Source: the human T2T-CHM13v2.0 reference genome, Homo sapiens. From it: 64,000 nt of DNA. Both the position numbers and the translations under genes were made by a program. The stretch is taken from NCBI RefSeq assembly GCF_009914755.1, contig NC_060932.1; one strand, written 5' to 3'. Below, piece by piece: positions 38,417-51,250 of the stretch; positions within the stretch are counted from its first letter, which is position 1; each line of letters starts with the position of its first letter. The notes under the pieces are model-generated. The model had not been told where the DNA came from and did no database searches. It worked only from the letters and a program-made list of their open reading frames with translations.

Positions 38417-38427
38417 GTAGGTAAATC

Positions 38428-38739
<312 letters not shown>

Positions 38740-39902
38740 TTATTTTGACTCATGAAGCCTAAATGTATTGGGCACATCCTAACTTTAGGAAAGGCCAAAC
38801 TTCTGTAATTTTGAGACTTTCTAGGCTTTTCTAGAAGGAAGTTAAAGCAAATGTTGAGATAGAGAAGAGTTAGACTATTTGAACAAATTAACTTAAAGTG
38901 TGAATTGTAGAATTTTGAAAAATAAAATCTAATTATTTTCAAGAACAATTGGTGATTGTAGTCCAGTCTAGTAGTATGCACAGAAACTTGTGGCTAAAAA
39001 ATGTGATCTTGTTCAAGATCATTGTTTTACATGGGATCAGAGTAGCTGTGTGAACTGCTTCATACTGGCACAGCAAGTTAGTGACATGAGTGACAAGAAG
39101 AGGTGCCCAAACCATAGCCCAGTGCTCTTAGTTTATCTACCTCTCAGAGGGCCCTTATCATGAGCAGCCAGTCATCTGCAGTCATAAAGTTAATGTTAAT
39201 TTTGCTATAACAACTTCAAAAAGAACTTATTTTTTAAGTAGTTTATATTACTTCCTGAAGCTTTTTAAATAAGAAATGCATAATTTATTAAGAGAGATTA
39301 AATTCAAACTTTCTTTATATTGCACTACATGTTGCAATAGCAATTTCCCTGGATGCTGTAACCTCACAGAAGAGGGAAACTAATATTAAAGAGCTAAGAA
39401 TGCTAACTGTTCTTCAGGTGTCCTTAAAACTAGGTGGAGTTAGCCTGATCAAAAAAGCAGGAGAAATAATATTTTGGCTAAACAAAATAGCATGAACACT
39501 TACAAATGGAAAAAGCACAGATGATTGTTACTTCCTCGAGTTTTATTCATATTATTTATTTATTTTGAGATAAAATTACAAGTACAATTTCACTTTTATC
39601 TAAATGATAACAGGTGAATGGAGTCTAACCTAAAGTTTCTTTCCAGTTAGAATTTAAATAACAACAGTGATACTAAGGACATGGGTCTCCTATCATGGGG
39701 GCAGGAGGAGGGTTTTGTGAGTGTCAGTTTGAGAACTAAATGAGCTAATACATGGAAAGGGTTTAGAACAGCGAGTGCTAGTGATGACAGACACTGATGT
39801 TGTCACCAAAACTCTTTAACATGACTATAGATTTCTAAGTAAGGATTACTAGATTATTCTAGGTTCAGCCACAAGCATAATGGAGTAAATGAGGCTCCAG
39901 AC

Positions 39903-40211
39903 CAATGCTATCCAATGGAAAAACGTGAGTCACATATGTAATTTTGAGTTGTCTAATAGACATGTTACAAAAATACAGAGAAACAGGTGAAATTAATTTT
40001 AATGTCTTCTTTAACCTAATGTATCCACCTAGTGTATAATTTCACTGCGTGAGTTAAATAAATATTAATGAGATAGTTTACATTTTTTTGGTACTAAAAG
40101 TCATTAAAATTTGGTGTGTACATTACCTTTTACAGTCCATCTTCATTCAACCTTGCCCAAGTTCAAGTCCTCAGTAGCCTCTTGTGGTCAGGGCTGTATA
40201 CCGGACAGTGC
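39903..40211. mobile_element. MER33/MER3-type hAT-Charlie element
   Basis: caatgctatccaat...gtgagtcacatatgtaatttt...ttcaagtcctcagtagcc...ggacagtgcag. Confidence 0.75.
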
Positions 40212-43200
40212 AGCTCTTCATGAAAGCCACGCACTTCCATCCTTTCTGAAGGTGCACATGTTTTTTTGGGGGGGTCTTTCTTCTTTGTTACAAGATGGGC
40301 AGTCAATGTCCAAGCCCACTGCATTTTGGTAGAAATACATGATACATGAGTTATAGTACATATAGGCAAGAGCTGGGAATTGAATATTTGGCTCACTCTA
40401 AAAATAGTTTGCTTCAAAATAATAGAATATTTATTTTTTTGGACTGGTTTTCTTATATTTCCAGTTCAGTAAATTGTGGAAAATTTTATTGTCAAAGCAG
40501 AGAGAGGTTTACTTATTATTTTGTTTACTTTGATAGGGAAAAGATTTGCTGCTTAGGCTTCTCTTAAAAAAATTATTTATCGGGTTCAGTAAACATTAAT
40601 TGTTCCCAGTGAGCACAATCATTTTGCCTGCTAGGATGATTCTGATTATGAAGAGTTTGGTAGCTGAACAGAAGAATACATGTCCTACAAATATTCCTTA
40701 AGACTCCTTATCAAGGTCACTATCGAATGCATTATAGTAGAAAGAAACGTCGTAGCTTTACACAGTTGAAAACAACCATAACTATATTGCACTGAAGCTA
40801 CATAAATAATTATTAAGCAGATGGAAATTTCTGTGTTACTTCTAAAAATTTAAAGATATTAAGTAAGGTAATAAGGTTAGCTTTTATGTGAAATTATTTT
40901 ATCAATTATTTTGATTTTTTAAAATACTAGACTTCATCCATTTTGAAATGTTAGTTTTTCATTTATTAATCACATTACATAATGTGTCAGTACACACAAT
41001 TGTCTCTTGTAAGTCTTTTAGTGGTGCCATGGAAATTTTGAGTTTGATTCATGCTTTGTGGCTAAATTTGCAAATGAATATCAATCAATATTTCTGGACC
41101 TTAATTTTCTTATCTGCAAATAGAGAAGAATAATAAGAGCTAAAAAGAATAAATGTGTATACCCAGCTGACACAGAGCTAAACACTTTCCACACCTTAAT
41201 TTATCTAATCCTCATCATCCCCAGCACCCACGATGTGGCCACTATCCTATCTTCATTTTTACACATGAGGAGGCCGAATTCACCCAAGATCACAAAGCAA
41301 GTGATGGACCCATCATTCTTCAAGCCCAGGCCAGAGCTTCTCTGGGGAATTTCCTTGATACTTAAAGTTATTTGGGGGAAAAATCTGAGCAGAATTACTT
41401 AGAATTATTTGAAGACACCTTTATAAAAACTTATTTCTTCCTGTTTAGAAGCCTTTACATAGGCTCACTATTAGGCAATTCTGTGTTATTCCATAAAACC
41501 AAGTTTGTTGTTGACTTTAAGAAAGAAAGCTGGTACTGTGGAATAGTTCCTTATGGAATGATGATGTTGGTCCTGGAAAACAGATGGGTAGAACCTGATT
41601 CAAATGCAGGTTTGACTGAATCACTCCTGAGGTTCCTTGTAGCTGGGTGCTCTATGACTCTTGGTGAATGCCTGGGGTTGGAGAGCAGCATTCCTGTCCC
41701 TTTGTTGGGGTCCACATAGCTCAAGAAGGCAATGCAGGGCATTAGTAAGAAGAAGAAAAGGTGAGTGTTAGCTGTTGAGATAAGGTAGCTAAATAAATTT
41801 TTGAACATAAAAGTAGACCTGAGAGCAGAACTCTCAGTCCAGTTGTAGGTCTGTGCAGAATGGACTGAATCATGGCCAACATTTTCCATTTTCATCTCGT
41901 TCTTCATGAGCATTGATCACAACTAGAATCAGTAAAAATTAAACCACAGCCATAGATGCTTAATGAAGTGGGGAAAGTTCCAATTTTGGGGAAGAAAGGG
42001 GAAAGAGAGAAAGGGAGATGGTGAAGTAAGGGAGGGTAGAATAAAGGAGGGTGGAGAGAGAGAGAATAGCAGGAAAACAAAAAGTGGCTATCTAGGCTAG
42101 AATGAAGCCTTGTTAGAGTTGCCTACTACACCACTGAGATAATGATGGCTGAAATAACTCAAATCACTCCCCTGCCTGACCTTGGGGTTAAGCTGGCTTT
42201 CAGTGTTGGAAAGAGAACCCAAGAGAAATGTTTGTTTTAGCAGACATGTTAAGCTTCTTGTGAGAAGACAAAGCCACCGAATGAAGAGATTACCACCAAG
42301 AGTGATCTGGACAACAAAGCCTCAAAGCAAGTGGCTTCTCGATAGTTAATGTACTAAGTGCAGAATTCCTAAGCACTCTGTTCAGAAGTGGTGGAGACAT
42401 GTTTCAGTGAGCAGTTGATTGGTCTTCCCTGAGAGCATTTTGAATCAGCCAAATATACTGAGGGCAAGATTTAAAAGGTTGTATCTCTTGGCTTTATTTC
42501 TTTTTTTCTAGAGGTTTTGAAAAGCAACATTTACTTTCTAATTTTTTCCAGTGAATTTAAAATACTTCATAACATAATGTGCTACTTATATCAAATGTTT
42601 ATTGTGTGACCAGGTAACTAGAATTATGTCATGCTGAAAGTAAAAAGACTGTATGGTCATCTTCTCACTCAGGGAAAATGTAAACCAGGAAAATAAAAAG
42701 TTATGTTTGGTTCCTCGGCCTCACTATCTCAGAGTTGTCTTATTGCTACTCACCATTCAACCATGGCACACAGTTTATTGGCAGAGTTAAGAGAGCCTGC
42801 ATTCTGGGTCTGTGCTGCCAGTACATCTATTAGAAGAAATCATGTAGATCCCAATTTGACTCAATGTGGAGGGGGAAGTGAAAGTTGGCTACCTGAATAA
42901 GAACTATGAATAATGTGTGAAAGATAATTTTTTTCTTCATTCCTTTCCTTTCATGTCTAACACCTTCCCTCCCCAAAACTGCCTCTCCTCTGACTGGGTA
43001 ATGGGGGTGCCTGTCACAATGATTTTAAGTCTGTTTGTGGGTCTATGGCTGGATAACTGAAGCAGTGTTTCCACAAAAGCATAAAGGTTTTGGCACATTG
43101 CTCATAGTCCGTTGCATACAGCAGATGTTCACAAATCTTTCTTAGTGTGAGTGTGTGAATAAGTGATTTTTAAAAAACTCATTATTTGAGAATTTGATTT

Positions 43201-43259
43201 TCTTTTCATAGTGGCTCCCAAAACAGGGAAAGGGGAAGTTTTGAAACAGATCCAAGACA

Positions 43260-43950
43260 CAAAAGTCCCAGATAATCATTTGGATGGGTAACAAATTTCA
43301 AGATCCAAAAGGATGGAGATAGATTGGAAACATGAGGCAAATTCAAGAAAATGAAATTTAATACCCAACCATGTACCTTTGAGATGGGAGAGAAATTGTT
43401 AACAGCAGCATGGCAGCATGTGTAAATACAGCCAGATTTCCCTTTGGTTGTGTTGTATCAGTGCCAGAAAGGCTAATGCAACTCTAAATTGCCTCAACAG
43501 AAGCAAACAGAGCAAAAAACAAACCAAAAATCAAGAAAGTGAAGCAATTATTTTATTCTGAGGTCACACCAGGAGTCTATGGGCAACCCAGCTAGTTGAT
43601 GAAGAGATACAGGATAGTGCTAAGGTGGCCAGTTTTAGAAACCTTGGCACAAGAGGAATCTGGCTAGCCTTGGCTGGGCAGGTGTGGGAGGGCTAAAAGG
43701 TACTTGTGTCTACTCTGGTGGCTCCAGGAGAAAGAATCAGAAATTGTACATAGAAGTTTAGAAAGGGCAGAGCTGAGTTCAATGTAAGGAAGAATTTTCT
43801 AGCTGAGTTGACTGTTTAGGGGCATGGAGGAGCAGGTTCCTCAAGTTAGTTATGTTCAAGAAGAGGCTGCACAACTCCTTACTGAAGATTTCCTATCAGG
43901 TTGGTCTAGATGAGTCACTGTTTCCCTCTAACTCTGTGGCTGTGGTTCTC
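43260..43950 (+). mobile_element. L3/CR1 LINE 3' fragment
   Basis: caagatccaaaagg...aaaatgaaatttaata...aaaggctaatgcaactcta...gttcaatgtaaggaagaattttcta...ttcaagaagaggctg...ggtctagatga. Confidence 0.7.
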
Positions 43951-44856
43951 ATGCCATGTTGTGAAATAAAGTGAAGTCATATGACAGAAGGTAAATGGAG
44001 TTTAAGGTCTGTAAAAGTAGATGGCCATCAGTATTTTCCTTTTCCACAGGGTCCGTAGGTCAAAGCAGGAAGGCAGCTGTCCAAGGTGCTGGAGGGAGGT
44101 TGGCCTGTGTCTCTGGTTGTGCTCTCTTGGTTGTCTTCATGCTTGCTGTTTGTTTTAATGCCTCTGGATTTTCTGCTTTCCTGTTCCTCGTACAAACCTA
44201 CACTTCTCCCTTCCCCACATGCACACTGGGCCTTAAACTAAAACAAAGAGAAAAATGCACTGGAAATGTGTTAGGGGGCTGGGGCTAAACTACAACCTAG
44301 AGCTTCCTTCCTCTGCCCTATCCCAGCAATAAGTGAGTCCATGAGTCCATTTTGCTTTCAAAGGTTCAGCTTGGTATATAAGGTTGGACTGTTTGAATGG
44401 ATTGATAGTTACAGTAGAAATAAATTTTTTTGAGACACTTGTACTGATTTGCTTCTTGATTTCTTAATTTTATCCTTTCTACAGTACATACATATCTTGA
44501 AAGGAGACAGGAATCTTAGGCAAAACAACAGTGATTTTTATGGTGAGGTGGAAGGAACACTCGATGTTTTAGCTAAACGCTTCTGTGGCCTTTGGTATAC
44601 CCAGGAACTGTGGGTTGGTAATAAACCTGTCAACATCTCCACTTTCTATTTGTGTTGCCTTCTATACATCATATGACTTCTCAGTCCCTTAGTTTTTTAG
44701 ATGGAAAAAACTAAGGGTTGTGAAAATGAAATGTTAATATATGTCAATGTAAATACATGTTAATATACAACTATGGGTTATGAAAATGAAATAAGCTAAT
44801 ATAGGTCAAGAACTTCTTAGAACAATACCATGCACAAACATAGTGTTTTAGTATGT

Positions 44857-46169
44857 TGTGTTGAGGGGGTCCTCAAGACCACCCTTTTCTGTATTTGATA
44901 ATTTTGATAATGTCTTCCTAACTTACTAGAAAGACCCACAGGACACAGAAAAGTTGTTAAGACTGACAGTTGTGGTTTACTACAGAAAAGGATATAGATT
45001 GCAATCAGGAATGGAAAGCCATGCATAAGGAGGAGTCCAGGAAGGACCAGCTGTAAGTTTCCAGTTGTCCTTCCAGTAAAATCACATGAACAGAACTTAA
45101 TTCTCTTAGCAATGATGTGTGACAACATCTGCAAAGTGTTGTCAACCAAGGAGGTTCATCTGTGCCCTGGTGTCCAGGTTTTTATTGGGGGGGGGGGTGT
45201 CAGTCTCATGGGCATGCAGTACCTTTGTGACTGACCTTAACAGCTCAGTCCTCAGCCTTCCACCATTCCCTCTTGTTACCAGGCCCCACCACTTACTTAC
45301 TCAAAGTTAGTCTTTGGGTCAGGGGTTTCCTCAGTATTGTCCCTTCATGGTTCATCAGAAAGATGTTACCAGAAAGTGGTCCCAATTCAGACCCCAAGAG
45401 AGGGGTTCTTGGATCTCATGCAAGAAAGAATTCAGGGGAAGTCCATAGAGTAAAGTGAAAGCAAGTTTATTAAGAAAGTAAAGGAATAAAAGAATGTCTA
45501 CACCATAGAAAGAGCAGCTCTGAGGGCTGCTGGTTGCCCATTCTTACGGTTATTTCTTGATTATATGCTAAGCAAGGGGTAGATTATTCATGCCTCCGCT
45601 TTTTAGACCATATAGGTTAACTTCCTGATGTTGCTATGGCATCTGTAAACTGTCATGGTGCTGGTGGGAGTGTAGCAGTGAAGATGGCTGGAAATCACTC
45701 TCATCGCCGTCTTGGTTTCGGTGGGTTTTGTCTGGCTTTTTTACTACAACGTGTTTTATCAGCAAGGACTTTATGATCTGTATCTTTTGCTAACCTCCTA
45801 TCTCATTCTGTGACTAAGAATGCCTTAACCTTCTGGGAATGCATCTCAGCAGGCTTTAGCCTTATTTTACCCAGCCCCTATTTAAGATGGAGTTGCTCTG
45901 GTTCAAGCACCTCTGACACTCTTACTGCCTTAAAAGGGTCAAACTGATACAGTGTGACCTAAAGCCCAGACATACAAAACCAAGCATGCACTATAAATCA
46001 CACTGTTAGCATAAACTACTTGGCATGAAGTCAGGTCTCAGATATACAAAGATCTCCTTATCAGGTAGACTACTCTAAGGGCTCAGAGGAGCCAAAGGCC
46101 AGTCTTGAAAACTTGTAATGTGTAGGGTTTGGGCACCCCAGGTCTACCGAGTTAACAATTTACTGCACA
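44857..46169 (-). mobile_element. MER21-type LTR, split by the MER41A insertion
   Basis: gggtcctcaagaccaccc...acttactagaaagacccacaggacacagaaaag...ccctggtgtccaggtttttattgg; resumes after 45922 and ends in tttactgcaca. Confidence 0.75.
45274..45918 (-). mobile_element. MER41A ERV1 LTR (45364-45918) plus a 90-bp PBS/leader extension, all inside one TSD
   Basis: Minus strand TGTCAGAGGTGCTTGAACCAGAGCAACTCCATCTT...GGTAACA; TSD ctct at 45270-73 and 45919-22. Confidence 0.88.
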
Positions 46170-46919
46170 TATATGTAAGTTTTACTTATTTGAACAATTT
46201 AACCATTTTCATGATAATTTGTTTTTAGTTGTGAACATTTATTAAATATCTACTGCGTAGCTCTTTTTATAACCTTTTCTCTGTAAGCTGGAAAATAATT
46301 TGGTTTAATTCATATTATAAACTTCTTAGAAAAAAATCATTATTACCCCAGTATAAAAGGACACATCAAAAACTAATGATCATTACTAGTATTGCAATAG
46401 TGGTTGGTCATAAGAGTGCTTCATAAGTTTTAACTATAATTCCATGCCAAATGCTCTATGCATATTATTAGTTGTAGTCGTCTTTATCAACAACTGTGGG
46501 AAGTAGGTAATACTTCTAGTATACAGGTGAGAGAATCAAGGTCCAGAGAGTTTTAAGAACTCCCCCAAGCTTCCCAGCCAGTAAGGGACAGAGTCTAACT
46601 TTACCATCTGATTCATGGTCTTAACATCATGCATGGTAGTTTCCAATGACTCTGAGAGACAAAAGGTTTAAAAGGTACACTAAAACATTAAAAATTCAAC
46701 AAACTTTATATATCTGAAGGTACACAGAATATTTAGATGCTGGGGCAGAGTGTGGCTAGAATACATATGTCCCTTTTACCAAGAGAAGAGATCACTGCAA
46801 AGATTATTCCAGTACTCCAAAATGCTTTTTTGCCGTAAAAATGTGGTTTAGCAAGCAAAAGAAGTAAGAAAAACAGAGATACGAAAGGGAATATATTATG
46901 TAGTTATTTTGAGTGTCTT

Positions 46920-47088
46920 TATTTCTTATTTTTATTTTGGAGACAGGGTCTACCTCTGTCACCCAGGCTGGAGTGCAGTGGCACAATATGGCTCACTGCA
47001 GCCTCAAACTCCTGGACTCAAGCGATCCTCCCACCTCAGCCTCCTGAATAGCTGGGACTACTGGCATGTGCCACTGCACCCAGTTAAT
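46920..47088 (-). mobile_element. Alu right monomer (AluJ/FRAM-like)
   Basis: Single arm; TSD ttttgagtgtct. Confidence 0.85.
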
Positions 47089-47199
47089 TTTTGAGTGTCT
47101 ATTAAAAAGAGAAATATAAAATCCGGATGTCTTCAAAGGTTCCAAAATTGTCACCATGAATTGTTTGTAATTCTGTCTTTTTCCCTCCCCTCTTGTTAG

Positions 47200-47287
47200 A
47201 TCTCAGTCTGTGGTAGAAGCTGGGACCCTGAAACATGAGGAGAAGGGAGAGAATGAGAACACCCAGCCACTCCTGGCTCTGGACTGA
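47200..47287 (+). CDS. CLVS1: Clavesin-1 last coding exon; C-terminal clathrin box LLALD
   Basis: Acceptor ctgtctttttccctcccctcttgttAG|A. AG+A completes an Arg codon, matching the phase of the upstream exon. Then [28 protein letters not shown], stop TGA at 47285-47287. Too short to appear in the ORF track. Confidence 0.95.
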
Positions 47288-48318
47288 ACCCTGAGTCACC
47301 CCAATGCTCCTGCACACTGGCCTTCAGTGGTATCAGCCACCCAGGAAGCACATGCACAACTGACCCATGCAGACACGTGTGTTCTGCTTGACACAAGGTC
47401 CTCCACTCCTGAACCCCTGCAGTGACTGTCACCAGCCATCGGTCTGAGCAGCCAAAGTTGGACAAAGACTTGAGAGATGCTTTTTTTTCCCCCCAGTGAG
47501 GGGACTGGAGGATGATGCAAGGCATTTATGTAAAAAAGATTCTCCCTCCTTTCATATTTATTGTAGTAAATTGAAAAAATAAAGACTAAATTTGATGGAC
47601 ACACTGCATTAGGACAAGAATTTTTCTGAGGTATCACACAGGGACCCTCTCCAGTTTTTGAAAATTAAGTGCATTTCCAAGTAAATGTATCAGAGTTAAA
47701 CTGTACAGACACCACTGTCAAGTTTCATGTAGTACAAAGCCCTGAGACAATAGTATCTCCAGTAATTTCCATTCTTACTGAATTATTTCCTTTGACCTCA
47801 TCACCAGCATCGAATTGTTCAGCCTAAGAGCATGTTCTCATAGGTCTGGGTATTTGCAAAGTTTGCTTATTTTGATGATATCCTGCAAAAAATTATTTTG
47901 ATGTCACATCTCTTGTCAGGTCACTAGCTGACTGTCATGAGCTGACGTTAAAGGAAGACACATGGACGTGAAATACGATTATTTCATCTGAGCAATGTGA
48001 GTTACCACAGGCAGCTCAAAAGCCCATTAGTGCAGCATGTGTCTGCAGAGGAGATGTCTCATGAAAATCACATGTCAGTGATTAATGAATCCATTCCAGT
48101 TGCCTCAACTGGGTCACTACAGCAAAGAAAAGTGCTATCAAACCATTTACCCTTGCCCCCACAACCCTCCTGCAACCATTAAAGATGTGGAGAAAGACCA
48201 TGGTTGTTGCTGAGAGGGTAAATATTCAATCATGGAGCATGACCCATATGGATGGCTAAATATGCAAGTACTGAAGTAAGAGAAGACTAGAAATGCAGGA
48301 TGAAATGTCAAAGGTCAT

Positions 48319-48324
48319 TTTATT
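48319..48324 (-). terminator. Probable distal ASPH polyadenylation signal
   Basis: TTTATT on + equals AATAAA on -. It lies ~2.8 kb from the ASPH stop, compatible with a long ASPH mRNA; usage is inferred. Confidence 0.55.
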
Positions 48325-49346
48325 TACCTAGTCTCCTTAGAAATGGAGTCCCCAACTACTCATTCAAAAGAAATCAGACATAAAATAGACATCATATATG
48401 ATATCCTTACTTGTGCCATGTTTTCCAAGACCAGTGCATATTTTTAGACATCTCTTATTCGCCCAGCCATCTGCATGACATGGGTATTTATTAGTATTAC
48501 CAGTTGGTGCTCAAAGTCAAACAAAAATATTTTAGTTAATAATGGGCAGTAAAATATGATTTTACATTATTTTAAATATTTGGGAGAGTTAATTTGTTAG
48601 CTAAATAATTCAAGGGAAAGAGATTATTCAACTGGTCATAATCACCCCTGATAATATTATTACTAATCTTAATTATTTATTACATCATCTCTTTCTCAAT
48701 GGATCTAATGTTTTAATTTTTTCCCCTATTGGTAGAGAACAATAACAGAAGTAATTTTTATATTATACACTTGGAGAAATAAAGTTGAAACAGAATTAAA
48801 AATATTTCTCAAACAACTGTATCACAATATAAATTAAACTAATTCATTTTTGTGTAGACATACGAAATCACAAAAATAATAACACTGAAATAATTCTACC
48901 AATGCAGTGATGGAAACACTTTTCTTATGTACCAAGACATAGATAGGTAAGAGAAATAAAGAATTGAAGTGAATTAGAAAATCCATTTTATTGCTTGGGT
49001 TTAAAATAGTTGTGGGATACAAGTATTTACAATGCTATTGGAGTCAATTATTGACAACACTTTGCAACAGTAATACCATTTCTAGCTTTTCAATTGGCAA
49101 TACTTAGAACCTTACTGTAGTGACCTGATTTTAAATACCATATTATATTTACTAAGTTAAGAGCTAGTTTTTACTCTCTTCCATAATTTCATTACATGAA
49201 TGTAAGATGATGGCTCAAAAATGACGACTTATAGTTTGAATTTATGTGTATGCAATATACATATGAGAACCAAATTCAACAAGTGACATGAATGTTACTA
49301 CATGAACATTGAATTGTATTGCCCTTGTCAGTTATTTCCTCTGTTC

Positions 49347-49352
49347 AATAAA
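49347..49352 (+). terminator. Probable distal CLVS1 polyadenylation signal
   Basis: AATAAA with an upstream TGTA and a downstream T-rich tract (cctttttacttttc). Confidence 0.6.
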
Positions 49353-51099
49353 TACTGAAGGTCACAAACACCTTTTTACTTTTCAAGAGTTTGCCTTCTC
49401 TTCTCGATTTTAGTAATTAATTTGGATATTTTTCCTCCCATGCCTCTTCATCTGATTTAGTGGGATGTTTTCAATACCAGCAAAACAAAAGAACAGGAAA
49501 AGTATTTTGCAAACTCATCTACTGGAAGCTAATCTCCTTAAGGTCAAGCAAAAAGGGTCAATTTCAATTTCAAAGAGCTGTTCTTTAAATGAGATAAAGA
49601 AAGTCTCCTTTTGTTTTTAGATGGAAAAGAAAGCACAAGTTTTTTCTACCTGTGAATGAACTTTGGTGACCTATATGTGCCATTCATGCAGCATTTTTGT
49701 TCATATTGGCTTAGAATTCAGTGCATGAATATCATTACATTCTTATATCTAACATTCCTAGTTAGCTTTGATTCAAAATATACAAAATCTGATACATGAA
49801 TACTTTGCTAGATTAATGACTTGATCATCTTTGGAATGAGTAGGCAAGACGATTTTTACCTATTATTTCTATGTTGTGGGTAATGTTAAAACTAAATACA
49901 GATGATAATAATTGCTATTTCACAGTGATGTTTAAAATGGCAGAGATTTCTCAAGCCAGAGAGATGGGACAGTCTTCCAAACTCTTTCATCAAAAAGGAA
50001 AGTAATCTGGACCTCCTACGCCCAAGAAAAACATCCTGGCATTCTTGGTAACCTTTTACTCTGCCATCCTTAATCTTTCTACAGAATTGTAGCAGAAATC
50101 ATCTCCAAGACTGAAGAGCTGGCTTCCTGACATTCACATGGATCTACCATAGGCAAAGACACTGTGTTCCCAGCCCTTGCCTCATGGATGGCAAAGCCGC
50201 CAGGAGCCAGACACCCTAGCAGCCACCTATCCACCCAACCCTGAAAGAACATAGTTTTATTTCCGTGAACTATACTTTTTCCCCAGAAGCTCTAATAATT
50301 GGCATTAAAAAAATTTGCATCTGGGATTTTTATAACAATATAAAATAATTCCATGCTCTTTTTTCGGTGTGAAAAGTTCCTCTTTGAAAGAAATAGGATT
50401 TTGTCAATATCTCCACCACTAGCATAGTGAGAAGAGGATCTCAATCAAGATAAAAAAAACCAAACGATTTGAGAGTTGGGATGGGTACAGTTCATAGACA
50501 CTGACATAATGAGCTCTTTCTTTTTTGTTAGGAAAATAAAACTGCTTTTTTCATGAGTATCTTTTACTAAGAAGAATTAAAAGAGGGAAGTCTGAGTTCC
50601 CCAGTAATGCTACCATTAAATAGCTAGAAGTAAAGCATTTATACAGCTTGTCATTAAAATAAACAAAAATGTAGTGGTACATGATGACAAAATAGTCTAG
50701 CTACACTAGAAAAATATAACTGCATAGAAAAATTACAAACTAAAGCAATCCATTCACAGTTTCTACATATGTTCTCATTATACATTGAATTAGACCTATT
50801 CTATGTGGAAAAAATATCTTTGGCTGGTAAGGTAGAAGCTATCAAATGTTCACCTTAAATACTGGCAGAAGACCAGTGCTGTCATGAGATGACACACAGC
50901 AGGGTGTTTCCTAAATGAATTGCAGCGAGGCAAATATTCCCTTTAGTGTCTTCTGACCCTAGGAGGAGGCTTTGAATTACTCGGGCTGCAAGTCAAGGGA
51001 ATTGACTCTTGGTGTTCGAAATTCTATCCTCACACCCAAGGAGATGGAACCAGAAAGGCAGCCTCTCTCCAGAGTTTCCCAAGCTTGCATGAATTCATG

Positions 51100-51250
51100 C
51101 TAAATTGCTGGAAGGCTGCGTCTCTGCTGTGGTGTCAGTTCCGGATGCCACACATCCACGATGAATATCAGCCGGAAAGATGAGGCATCCTGCCATACCT
51201 CGTGCTCAAAGGAGTCATCAAAGATGAGCACCTTGCCTTCCTCCCAGGTC
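51100..51250 (-). CDS. ASPH: Aspartyl/asparaginyl beta-hydroxylase terminal coding exon (2OG/Fe(II) oxygenase C-terminus)
   Basis: Minus-strand acceptor ccttgtctttctgttgcAG|G, then TWEEGKVLIFDDSFEHEVWQDASSFRLIFIVDVWHPELTPQQRRSLPAI*, stop TAG at 51102-51100. Contains the Fe-ligand His (EHE, H725) and the 2OG-binding Arg (R735). Confidence 0.97.

Larger units (their letters stand above)
47288..49372 (+). other. CLVS1: CLVS1 3'UTR (3' end inferred)
   Basis: Repeat-free AT-rich sequence after the stop. AATAAA at 47578-83, 48778-83, 48955-60 and 49347-52; the last is followed by T-rich sequence. The end point is an inference. Confidence 0.7.
48298..51099 (-). other. ASPH: ASPH 3'UTR (3' end inferred)
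   Basis: Repeat-free sequence downstream of the ASPH stop. Minus-strand AATAAA (TTTATT on +) at 50256-61, 48987-92, 48487-92 and 48319-24. Confidence 0.65.
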
